Shown here: positions 10,410 through 19,295 of the stretch, in pieces | Layout: every line of letters starts with the position of its first letter | Numbering within the stretch: position 1 is the first letter of the stretch | Notes under the pieces: generated by a model | Told to the model about the DNA's origin: nothing | Seen by the model: the letters and a program-made list of their open reading frames with translations, nothing else | The model's database searches: none | Assembly (NCBI GenBank): GCA_963725665.1 | Contig: CAVRZA010000002.1 | Coordinates: 416,001 to 480,000, forward strand | Length of the DNA: 64,000 bases | From: an uncultured Actinomycetes bacterium | GTDB lineage: Bacteria > Actinomycetota > Thermoleophilia > UBA2241 | Direction of reading: 5' to 3' | Position numbers and translations under genes: made by a program

Positions 10410-11507
10410 CTAGCCGGTCGGGTAGGTGAGGCGCAGCCTGTACTCGGCCCTGTTGTTGCTCGTCGTCTGTTCCTCGGGCACGGGCCCGACGAAGACCTTG
10501 ACGATCGTCACTCGCCCGATCGACGAGGCCGCTGGGTTGAACCCCGGCACGTCGGTGGTCTGGGTCGCGCCGGCCGGGATCGAGGCGATCGCCTGGGTGA
10601 GCTTCTGCTCAGCCGACGTGCCCGGCGGCACCACCGTCACCGTCAGCGGCACGTTGGTCTCGGCGATCGTGCCCTGGTTCTGGACGCTCACGCGGAACAC
10701 CAGCCCCGGTCCCGCGGTGACCTTGACCTCCTTGTTGGGGACGAGCTTGGCCACCTGCTTGCCGTTCTGGTCGTTTAGCACCACGCTCACGAGCGACACC
10801 CCGTGGATGCCGGTCAGCTTGCGCGAGGCCTGCATCCGGTCGATGGCGCTCTTGATGCGCGCCGCATCGAGCAGCGTCGCGCTCTTGGCAGGGTCGATCG
10901 CCGGCACCGTGACGCCGCCGCCGACCTCATTCTGCACGGTGACCTGCGCCGGCGCGTAGAAGAACACCTGGTAGTACACGTCGGGGCCGGTGAAGTAGCC
11001 GGAGTAGCTGGCGATGTTCGCCGCCGACGCCGCCGTGTTCTTCACGCCGAGCGCCTTGACGACGCCGTCGTGGAACAGCCGCACGCCTTCGAGGCGCACC
11101 TGCATCCCCTGCACGAGAGCCTTCTGCTCGTCGGCCAGCGGCGACGGCGGGTCGAGCTGCTCCGTGCGGGTCAGGATCTCGCGCTGCGTCGTCTCGAGAC
11201 CGTCGAGCTTGGCGAGGAGCTGCTTGCGCGAGTACTTGGTGGGGTCGGCGAGGATGGTACCGATCTGTCTCGTCACCGCCGCTGAGTCGTCGACGACCGT
11301 CTGCACCCCGGCCATGTACGAGCTGTAGGCGTTCTTCTTGCGGTTGCTCTGGCAGCTTCTGATGCTCAGGGCGAGGACCAGCACGATGACGAAGAGGATG
11401 ACCGCGAGGACGGCGAAGCGCTGCAGCCGTGTGCGTGAACGGGACGACCGTCTGCGGGGACGCGGCTCGGGTACCGTGACCTCGCCGTCGTCGTCGAAGA
11501 ACGACAC
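10410..11507 (-). CDS. Membrane-anchored protein with C-terminal CARDB-like Ig domain
   Basis: Single TM, helical region, then VSVQNQG...GPVPEEQTTSNN. Confidence 0.7.
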   Translation of the reverse strand: MSFFDDDGEVTVPEPRPRRRSSRSRTRLQRFAVLAVILFVIVLVLALSIRSCQSNRKKNAYSSYMAGVQTVVDDSAAVTRQIGTILADPTKYSRKQLLAKLDGLETTQREILTRTEQLDPPSPLADEQKALVQGMQVRLEGVRLFHDGVVKALGVKNTAASAANIASYSGYFTGPDVYYQVFFYAPAQVTVQNEVGGGVTVPAIDPAKSATLLDAARIKSAIDRMQASRKLTGIHGVSLVSVVLNDQNGKQVAKLVPNKEVKVTAGPGLVFRVSVQNQGTIAETNVPLTVTVVPPGTSAEQKLTQAIASIPAGATQTTDVPGFNPAASSIGRVTIVKVFVGPVPEEQTTSNNRAEYRLRLTYPTG

Positions 11508-11537
11508 CTAGTCACTCCTCCTTGCCGGGGACGATGC

Positions 11538-11624
11538 TGGTGGGCGAGGCGGGATTTGAACCCGCAAGCTCTTGCGAGCACTAGGTCCTGAACCTAGCGT
11601 GTCTGCCAGTTTCACCACTCGCCC
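11538..11624 (-). tRNA. tRNA-Leu(CAG)
   Basis: GGGCGAG/CTCGCCC-A-CCA, anticodon arm CTAGG-TT-CAG-GA-CCTAG, long variable arm. Confidence 0.97.
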
Positions 11625-11765
11625 GAGCGGGCCCCCACAAGGTGTGGAGTATAGCACACCGAATAGACTCCAGAAGACGGGGTCGAGCAGCCCCGCAACG
11701 AGGGGGCTGCAGGCTCCTTCGTGCAGCGATCGTGAGGGTCTGCAGGAAGCCGCGGGAGAGGCATC

Positions 11766-13463
11766 GTGAGCGTCGCCACCCACAGCCGCGCCCCCGTCGT
11801 CACCGACTGGGCGGAGCGCTACCAGGTCGTCGCCAAGATCGGCGCCGGCGGGTTTGCCGACGTCTACGAGGCGATCGACCTGAGGCTCGACCGTGAGGTG
11901 GCGCTCAAGGTCGTCGACGAGCGTCACGGCGTATCGGCCAGGGTGGTGCGTGAGGTCGAGGCGGCCGCCTCGCTCACGCACCCCGGCATAGTCGCTCTCT
12001 ACGACTTCTTCACCGACGGCCGGCGCGCCTACCTGGTGTGGGAGCTTGTGCGCGGCCGCTCGCTCGCCGAGCTCGCCGGCAGTCTCGACGACGGTGAGGC
12101 GGCGGAGGCGGCCGCGCAGGTCCTCGAGGCCCTGGCCTACGCTCACAGCCAGGGCGTCGTACACCGCGACGTCAAGCCGCAGAACCTCATGGTCGACGAG
12201 CTGGGGCACGTCAAGGTGATGGACTTCGGCATCGCCCGGCTCATGGACGCCGAGACGCTCACGAGCGAGGGCGACATGCTGGGCACCGTCGCCTACATGT
12301 CGCCCGAGCAGGCGGGCGGCCGGCGCGCCGGGCCGCCGAGCGACGTCTACTCGGCGGCGATGGTCCTTTACGAGCTGCTCGCCGGGACGAACCCGTTGCG
12401 TGGGGCGACCCCGGGAGAGACCATCTCCAACGTCCTTGCGGGCCGTCTGCCGACGCTGCGCGGCTATCGCCCCGATCTGCCCGACGAGCTCATCGACGCG
12501 GTCGACGAGGCGCTGCTGCCGACGCCCGGCGAGCGTCCGGGGGCGCTCGAGCTGTCGGAGGCGCTGCGTGCCGTCGCCGGCCGCCTCGGCGGCCGGGGGC
12601 GCGCGCAGCGCCTCCTCGGCCCGCTGGTCGGCCGTTTGGCACGCTCGGGTCCCTTCGTCGAACGCGCCCTCGGCGCGCTCCTCGCCGGCGCGACGGCCAC
12701 GGCGGTGCTCTCGTGGCTCCCGGCCTACCCGGCCGACTGGAGGCTCCCGCTCGCCCTCGCCACGCTGCTGGTCTGGTTCGTCCTGCCGCCGGCCGGGCTC
12801 GCCTGGCTTCTCGGCGCGCTCGCCTTCCCCGTCTTTAACATCGGGCCCGGCGTCGGTCTCGCCTACCTCGCCTTCGCCCTCGTCCTGTACGCTCTCACCG
12901 CTCGCCGCCCGCTCGCCGCCGTGTACCCGGCGCTGGGCCCGCTGCTGCTGCCGGTGTACGGCGTCTTCGTGGCGCCGGCTGCGGCGGCGCTGTTGGGCCG
13001 CGTCCGCGGCCCGGTCGTCGCCGCCTGGGCCGGCGCCGCCACCTGTATCTACTTGCTCTTCAGCGGCGCCGTGCGCTCGCCGTTCGCAGGCTTCGTCGCT
13101 CACGGCGCGCTGGGGCACGAGCTGGGCGGCGCCAACCCCGTGCCCATCGTCGCGCGCGTCGCGGCGGCCGCGTCGGCCGGTCCGTGTCTCTTCCAAGCCC
13201 TCGTCTGGGCCGGCTTCGCGCTCGCCGTCGGCGTCGTCTTCGTGCTGCCGCGGCTCGAGGCGCGCCTGTGGCTGTGGTCGCTCTCGTGCGCAGCGCTGTT
13301 CGCGCTCTACCGTGTCGTGCCCATCGCCGGCTGGCACCGCCGCGCCCCGCTGACCGAGCTCCTGCTGAGCACCGTCGTCGTGGCCTCGGTCCTGCTGGTC
13401 GCGATCCTGCTCGAGTGGGGTCTGCGGGGGCGGGCGCGGTCGGCTGCGGACGGGGCGGAGTGA
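11766..13463 (+). CDS. Ser/Thr protein kinase with polytopic membrane C-terminus
   Basis: GAGGFADV, VALK, HRDVKPQN, DFG, GTVAYMSPE, followed by many hydrophobic helices. Confidence 0.92.
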   Translation: MSVATHSRAPVVTDWAERYQVVAKIGAGGFADVYEAIDLRLDREVALKVVDERHGVSARVVREVEAAASLTHPGIVALYDFFTDGRRAYLVWELVRGRSLAELAGSLDDGEAAEAAAQVLEALAYAHSQGVVHRDVKPQNLMVDELGHVKVMDFGIARLMDAETLTSEGDMLGTVAYMSPEQAGGRRAGPPSDVYSAAMVLYELLAGTNPLRGATPGETISNVLAGRLPTLRGYRPDLPDELIDAVDEALLPTPGERPGALELSEALRAVAGRLGGRGRAQRLLGPLVGRLARSGPFVERALGALLAGATATAVLSWLPAYPADWRLPLALATLLVWFVLPPAGLAWLLGALAFPVFNIGPGVGLAYLAFALVLYALTARRPLAAVYPALGPLLLPVYGVFVAPAAAALLGRVRGPVVAAWAGAATCIYLLFSGAVRSPFAGFVAHGALGHELGGANPVPIVARVAAAASAGPCLFQALVWAGFALAVGVVFVLPRLEARLWLWSLSCAALFALYRVVPIAGWHRRAPLTELLLSTVVVASVLLVAILLEWGLRGRARSAADGAE

Positions 13464-13620
13464 GGCGCCGGCGCCCGCTCGCCGCGACGTGCGTGCCGGC
13501 CTGGAGACCTCTTGCTCCGACACAACGTCGCACCCCGGGGCATGCCGGCGGCGTGTGTGAGGCACGAGGGGCGGTGATATCGTACAGAGTCGGCTCGCCG
13601 TAGAGCGCCCGGAGGCTGCC

Positions 13621-14385
13621 GTGGCCAACGTCCTCAAGTCCATCGAGAAGAAGATAGAGAACCTCGTCGAGGGGGTCTTCGGGCGCGCGTTCAAGTCGAG
13701 CGTCCAGCCCGTGGAGATCGCTCACAAGCTGGCCAAGGAGATGGGCGATCACAAGACGGTAAGCGTCTCGAAGGTCTACGTGCCCAATGAGTATGAGGTC
13801 TTCCTCTCACCCCCCGACTACGAGCAGATGCACGCCTTCGAGGCTTCGCTGCTCGAGGAGCTCACGACGTACCTGATCGCCTACGCCCGGCGGGAGGGGT
13901 GGACCCTAGTGAGCAAGCCTCGCGTCAGCCTGCACGGCGACGACGACCTGCACCTGGGCGAGTTCGGCATCGCCACCCGCACCGTCACCGAGCCCGAGCA
14001 GCCCCAGGTCGCCCCCGTGGCCCCTCCGCCGCAGCTCTCACAGACGGTCGTCTACCAGCCGCCGCCGGTCGTGCCCGCCGCTGCCGTGGTCGCGGCGTCG
14101 GCTACGTGCGCGGTCCTGCGCTGGGGCGGCGGCGCCTGCGATCTCACCACCGACGTGACGAGCATCGGCCGCAACAAACGGTGCGACGTCGTGCTGCCCG
14201 ATCCCAACGTGTCGCGCCGCCACGCCGAGATCAGGCGTGAGGGCGACGACTACGTCATCATCGACCTCGACTCGACCAACGGCGTGCAGATCAACGGCAG
14301 GGGGGTGAAGCGCGCCAAGCTGGCCGATGGGGACAGGCTGACGCTCGGCACGAGCGATCTGCGCTTCGAGAGGCGACCTTGTTAG
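13621..14385 (+). CDS. fhaA: FhaA (DUF3662 + FHA domain)
   Basis: VQPVEIA N-terminal domain; FHA motifs GR, SRRHA, STNG. Confidence 0.92.
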   Translation: MANVLKSIEKKIENLVEGVFGRAFKSSVQPVEIAHKLAKEMGDHKTVSVSKVYVPNEYEVFLSPPDYEQMHAFEASLLEELTTYLIAYARREGWTLVSKPRVSLHGDDDLHLGEFGIATRTVTEPEQPQVAPVAPPPQLSQTVVYQPPPVVPAAAVVAASATCAVLRWGGGACDLTTDVTSIGRNKRCDVVLPDPNVSRRHAEIRREGDDYVIIDLDSTNGVQINGRGVKRAKLADGDRLTLGTSDLRFERRPC

Positions 14386-15113
14386 ACGTTGTCCTGCTCG
14401 CCCTGAAGGCGGGCTTCCTGATACTGCTCTTCCTCTTCGTCTGGCTGGTGATGCGGGGCGCGGCCCGCGACGTCGTCTCGTGGGGGCGGGCCTCAGCGCC
14501 GCTGGGCGGCACGCTGCCCGAGCCCGCGCCGCCGTCGCGGGCCGCGCCCGTCGCCTCACCTGCCCCGGCCCCCGTCACGCAGCCCGCGGCGGAGCCCGTC
14601 GTCCCCGTGAACCCGGCCGTCGAAGAAGGTCTCCAGATGCCGGCAGACGCCAGTCCCTTCGCCGCAGCGCCACCCCCCGCGGCGGTCGCGGCGGCGGCGG
14701 TGGCGGAGTCTGCCGCCGCAGACTCGGCGTCTGAGTCGACGCCCGAGGAGCGGCGCGTGCGCCGCGAGGCGCGCGAGAAGGAACGCACCCTCGCCGGCGA
14801 GCGGCTCGACTTCTCGTCCGTCATCAACCCGCGCCTTGTCGTCGAGCAGAGCCCGGTGCTCGAGGTCGGGACGCGCTACCCGCTCGAGGCCTGGGTGATG
14901 ATCGGGCGGTCGCCGGCGAGCGACATCGTGCTCTCCGACTCCTTCGTCTCGAGCACGCACGCGCGCCTCGTGCCGCGCGGCCAGCTCTACTTCGTGGAGG
15001 ACCTCGGCAGCACCAACGGCACCTTCGTCGACGGGCGCGAGGTCAAGGAGGCACAGCTCAAGCCGGACAGCCGGCTGCGCATCGGCGAGACCACCTTCCG
15101 CTACGAGGAGTGA
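14379..15113 (+). CDS. fhaB: FhaB-like membrane-anchored FHA protein
   Basis: N-terminal TM; IGRS, SSTHARL, DLGSTNGT; position in the cluster. Confidence 0.88.
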   Translation: MLDVVLLALKAGFLILLFLFVWLVMRGAARDVVSWGRASAPLGGTLPEPAPPSRAAPVASPAPAPVTQPAAEPVVPVNPAVEEGLQMPADASPFAAAPPPAAVAAAAVAESAAADSASESTPEERRVRREAREKERTLAGERLDFSSVINPRLVVEQSPVLEVGTRYPLEAWVMIGRSPASDIVLSDSFVSSTHARLVPRGQLYFVEDLGSTNGTFVDGREVKEAQLKPDSRLRIGETTFRYEE

Positions 15114-15120
15114 GGGCTGC

Positions 15121-16359
15121 TTGGCCCTGGTCGCCGAACACGCGGCTCTGAGCGACATCGGCCTGCAGCGCTCGACGAACGAAGACGCCTTCGTCGCCGC
15201 GCCGCCGCTGTTCGCGGTCGCCGACGGCATGGGCGGCGCCCAGGCCGGAGAGGTGGCGAGCCGGACCGCCCTCGAGGCTCTGGGCAGGGCGCTCGACAGT
15301 GGTCGCAAGCTGGCCGACGCTGCGCAGGAGGCGAACCTGCGGGTGTTCACCCTGGCCGAGGACGACCCCTCTCGCTCGGGCATGGGCACGACCCTCACCG
15401 TGCTGCGCCTCCTCGAGGGCAACGAGCGTGCCGAGCTGGTCCACGTCGGCGACAGCCGCGCTTACCTGCTGCGTGACGGCCTCCTCGAGCAGCTCACCGC
15501 CGATCACTCGCTCGTCGGCGAGATGGTGCGCGAGGGCAAGCTGACGGCCGACGAGGCTTTCAGCCACCCGGCGCGCTCCATCTTGAGCCGCGTCCTGGGC
15601 ACCGAGCCCGGGGTGAAGCTTGACCGTCGCGAGATCGACCTGCGTGCGGGCGACACCTTGCTGCTTTGCTCCGACGGGCTCTCGTCGGCGGTGCCCGACG
15701 CGACCATCGAGAGACGGCTGCAGGAGGCTTCCCCTCGCGACGCGGCGCGCCGCCTGGTCGTCGAGGCCAAGAACCGGGGCGGTCACGACAACATCACCGT
15801 CATCGTGCTGCGTCTCGCCCAAGCTGAGCCGGCGGAGCGCGGCGACGAGGAGCGCACGGCCGTGCTCACCGCCGCGACCGCCGACCCGGCCGATTCCGCG
15901 GCGACCGCGCCCCTGCCGCCGCCGGTCGAGGCCGCGGCGGCGAACGCTGCTGCGCCGCCGCGCCGCGGCCTCGGCCGGCGGCGCTTGTGGCTGCTCATCG
16001 CCGGCCTCGTCATCGCCGCGCTCATCGCCGGCCTCGCCATCACACTCAACGTCTCCTACTACGTGGGGGTCGACGAGGGATACGTGTCGGTGTTCCAGGG
16101 TCTCCCGTACGGCCTCGGGGGGCTCGACCTGAGCCGGGTCTACCTGCGCACCAACACGCCGGTGACGGCCGTGGTGTCCGAGGACCAGCGTCTCCTCACG
16201 CAACGCGCGGTGACGAGCAGAGACGATGCCCTGCGCACGGTCGATGCGCTGCGCACGGCGACTCCGACGCCGTCGCCGCTCCCGATTTCATCGCCGTCGA
16301 GCAGTCGTTCGCCGACCGGCCGCTCCTCGGCCAAACCGACGGCGAAGGGCGCACCGTGA
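15121..16359 (+). CDS. pstP: PP2C Ser/Thr phosphatase with TM anchor
   Basis: NEDA, VADGMGG, HVGDSR, CSDGL, GGHDNIT. Confidence 0.93.
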   Translation: MALVAEHAALSDIGLQRSTNEDAFVAAPPLFAVADGMGGAQAGEVASRTALEALGRALDSGRKLADAAQEANLRVFTLAEDDPSRSGMGTTLTVLRLLEGNERAELVHVGDSRAYLLRDGLLEQLTADHSLVGEMVREGKLTADEAFSHPARSILSRVLGTEPGVKLDRREIDLRAGDTLLLCSDGLSSAVPDATIERRLQEASPRDAARRLVVEAKNRGGHDNITVIVLRLAQAEPAERGDEERTAVLTAATADPADSAATAPLPPPVEAAAANAAAPPRRGLGRRRLWLLIAGLVIAALIAGLAITLNVSYYVGVDEGYVSVFQGLPYGLGGLDLSRVYLRTNTPVTAVVSEDQRLLTQRAVTSRDDALRTVDALRTATPTPSPLPISSPSSSRSPTGRSSAKPTAKGAP

Positions 16360-17678
16360 GCCGCCGCAACGCCGAGCTGCTCTACCTGCTGCTCGTCGGT
16401 GTCATCGCCGTGGCCGCCTACGTGGCCGTGTTCGCGGCTCGCTTCCGCGACATCGGACGCACGTCGGTCACCTACGGGCTGATCTTCGTCGGCATCTTCA
16501 TCGTCCTTCACCTTGTCGTGCGCGCGTACCTGTCGCAGGCCGACCCCTACCTGCTCCCGCTCACCGCGCTCCTGGCGGCGACGGGCCTCACGGAGATCTA
16601 CCGCATCGATCCCGCCCTGGCTCTCAAGCAGGGGGAGTGGCTGGTGGTCGGCGCCGTGCTGTTCATCCTCACGGTGATCGTGGTGCGCGACCACGCGCGC
16701 CTGGATCGCTACCGTTACCTCATCGGAGCGGTCGGCATAGCACTGCTCGCGATCACCATCGTCGCGGGCACCGAGGTCAACGGCGCCCGCCTGTGGATCC
16801 GCTTCGGGGGTTTCTCGATCCAGCCCGCGGAGTTCGCCAAGATCGCCATCATCATCTTCTTGGCCGGCTACCTGAACGACAACAAGGAGCTCCTGTCGCT
16901 GCCCACCGGCAGGTTCCTTGGCATCGCCGTGCCGCGTGCCCGGTACTTCGCGCCGCTGGTCGCCATGTGGCTGCTCACGCTGCTCATGCTGATCTTCATC
17001 AAGGACTTCGGCATGTCGCTGCTCTTCTTGGCCGTGTTCATCGGCATGCTCTACATGGCCACATCGAGGGTCGCGTACGTGGTCGCCGGCGCCGTCCTCT
17101 TCGCCTTCGGCGCCGGCGCCGCCTACCGTTACGTCGCCCACGTGCACGAGCGCTTCGCCATCTGGATCGACCCCTGGAAGACGGCGCAGTCCTCGGGCTA
17201 CCAGATCGTGCAGTCGCTGTTCGCCATGGCCGACGGGGGGCTCTTCGGCTCGGGCTTCGGACGCGGCTATCTGCTCTACCCGAACAAGGTGCCGGTCGTG
17301 CCCGACCTGTCGACCGACTTCATCTTCGCGGCCGTCGCCAACGAGCTCGGCCTCGCCGGCGCGGTCGGGGTGATCCTCTGCTACGTCCTGTTCGCCTGGC
17401 GCGGCTTCCACATCGCGATACAGGCGACCGACGGCTTCTCGAAGCTGCTCGCCGCGGGTCTTGCGGCCGCCTTCGGGCTGCAGTCGTTCATCATCATCGG
17501 CGGCGTCACCCGGTTGATCCCGCTCACCGGCGTCACCCTGCCCTTTCTGAGCTACGGCGGCAGCTCGATCACCGCCAACCTGATCCTGGTGGCCCTGCTC
17601 CTCATGATCTCTCATCACACCAACGTCGTGCGCGCCGGCACCGAGGACGAGCGTCTGCGGCTCGCGGGGGTGGGCTGA
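16356..17678 (+). CDS. rodA: RodA/FtsW SEDS glycosyltransferase
   Basis: NGARLWI, QPAEFAK, TDFIF, IPLTGVTLPFLSYGGSS; GTG at 16356 overlaps the pstP stop. Confidence 0.94.
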   Translation: MSRRNAELLYLLLVGVIAVAAYVAVFAARFRDIGRTSVTYGLIFVGIFIVLHLVVRAYLSQADPYLLPLTALLAATGLTEIYRIDPALALKQGEWLVVGAVLFILTVIVVRDHARLDRYRYLIGAVGIALLAITIVAGTEVNGARLWIRFGGFSIQPAEFAKIAIIIFLAGYLNDNKELLSLPTGRFLGIAVPRARYFAPLVAMWLLTLLMLIFIKDFGMSLLFLAVFIGMLYMATSRVAYVVAGAVLFAFGAGAAYRYVAHVHERFAIWIDPWKTAQSSGYQIVQSLFAMADGGLFGSGFGRGYLLYPNKVPVVPDLSTDFIFAAVANELGLAGAVGVILCYVLFAWRGFHIAIQATDGFSKLLAAGLAAAFGLQSFIIIGGVTRLIPLTGVTLPFLSYGGSSITANLILVALLLMISHHTNVVRAGTEDERLRLAGVG

Positions 17679-17685
17679 TGCCGGC

Positions 17686-19152
17686 GTGAACAGGGGCGTC
17701 ACACGTGTCTTCATCGTCGGGCTGGTCCTGTTCGCGGCGCTTCTCGTCAACGTCGCCTACGTGCAGTTCTTCAGGGCCGACGCGCTCAAGAAGAGCCCGG
17801 CCAACCACCGCACTCTCGTGCAGCAGCTGCGGGTCAAGCGCGGTCTGATCCTGGGGTTCGACGGCTCGACCATCGCGGGCCGCGTGCGACGTGCGGGAGG
17901 CATCTACCAGCGCGCGTATCCCCAGGGTCCCGTGGCGCCGCAGCTCGTCGGCTACTACACGGTGCAGTACGGCATGAGCGGCATCGAGGAGTCGCAGAAC
18001 GCCTACCTCTCGGGGACTTCCGCCCGGCTCGGCCCGCGGACGCTGATCGACCAGGTCCTCGGCAGACGACCGCGGGGCGCCAACGTGAAGCTCACCCTCG
18101 TGCCGGCCGTGCAGAAGGTGGCCCAGCAAGCCCTGGGCGGCCAGATCGGTGCCATCGTGGCGCTCGACCCAGGGACCGGGGCCCTGATCGCCGCCGCTTC
18201 GACGCCCTCCTACGATCCCGCGGCGCTGTCGGTGCCCGACCCTCGGGCGGTGCAGCGCGCCTGGAACGTGCTCAGGAAGGACCCCGACCGTCCGCTGCTC
18301 GACAGGGCCACGCAAGGGCTCTACCCGCCCGGGTCGTCGTTCAAGGTCGTGACGGCGACGGCCGCCCTCGACAGCGGGGCGTTCACGCCGCAGAGCACGT
18401 TCGACGACACCGGCGTCTACGACGTGTACGGGGGCAAGGTCACGAACTTCGGCGGCGAAGTGTTCGGCGCCAACACCCTCACGCAGGCACTGACCTTCTC
18501 GATCAACACCACCTTCGGCAAGGTCGGTGTCAAGCTGGGCCAGGCGGCACTGACCGACACCATGCTGCGCTACGGCTTCTACCAGGTACCGCCCCTGGAG
18601 CTGCCCCAGGGTGCCGTCTTGCCCAGCGGGCGCTACGGCGGCGGCGGGCTGCTCGCGACCGACGCGTCCATGGACCCCCTGGCCGTCGCCTGGATGGCGG
18701 TGGGGCAGGAGCGCCTGCTGGCCACCCCGCTGCAGATGGCCCTGGTCGCCGCCGGCGTCGCAAACGGCGGCACGTTGATGAAGCCTTACGTGGTGCAGGA
18801 GGTGGCCGACGCGCACGGCGACGTGGTGCAGAGCGCACAGCCGGCGGTCTGGCACCAGGTGATGAGCGCCCAGACCGCCGCCACGATGAACACCATGATG
18901 CAGGACGTCGTCAACGCCGGCACGGGGACGGGAGCGGCGCTGCAAGGCATCCAGGTCGCCGGTAAGACGGGGACCGCCGAGAAGGGCAACGGGACGAACC
19001 AGGCCTGGTTCATCGCCTTCGCGCCGGCCGACGCGCCGCGCGTGGCCGTGGCCGTGACGATAGAGAACACGTCCGCGACCGGCGGCGAGGTGGCCGCGCC
19101 GCTCGCCGCCGCGGTGATGCGCGCGGCGCTGGCCCAGGCGTCGCTGCCGTGA
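17686..19152 (+). CDS. pbpA: Class B penicillin-binding protein PbpA
   Basis: SxxK (GSSFK), SxN (SIN), KTG. Confidence 0.93.
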   Translation: MNRGVTRVFIVGLVLFAALLVNVAYVQFFRADALKKSPANHRTLVQQLRVKRGLILGFDGSTIAGRVRRAGGIYQRAYPQGPVAPQLVGYYTVQYGMSGIEESQNAYLSGTSARLGPRTLIDQVLGRRPRGANVKLTLVPAVQKVAQQALGGQIGAIVALDPGTGALIAAASTPSYDPAALSVPDPRAVQRAWNVLRKDPDRPLLDRATQGLYPPGSSFKVVTATAALDSGAFTPQSTFDDTGVYDVYGGKVTNFGGEVFGANTLTQALTFSINTTFGKVGVKLGQAALTDTMLRYGFYQVPPLELPQGAVLPSGRYGGGGLLATDASMDPLAVAWMAVGQERLLATPLQMALVAAGVANGGTLMKPYVVQEVADAHGDVVQSAQPAVWHQVMSAQTAATMNTMMQDVVNAGTGTGAALQGIQVAGKTGTAEKGNGTNQAWFIAFAPADAPRVAVAVTIENTSATGGEVAAPLAAAVMRAALAQASLP

Positions 19153-19295
19153 CGGCGGCGACGCCTGGGCCAGCGCGGTTGCTCGCGGGTGTAGAGAGAA
19201 GGGTATCGTGTCGCGATATGGAAGAGGCGCGGGGAGGCCGTCGGAGACGGCGGCCGGACCGGGCCCACTGAGCGCGGAGACTGGAGCGGGGTAGC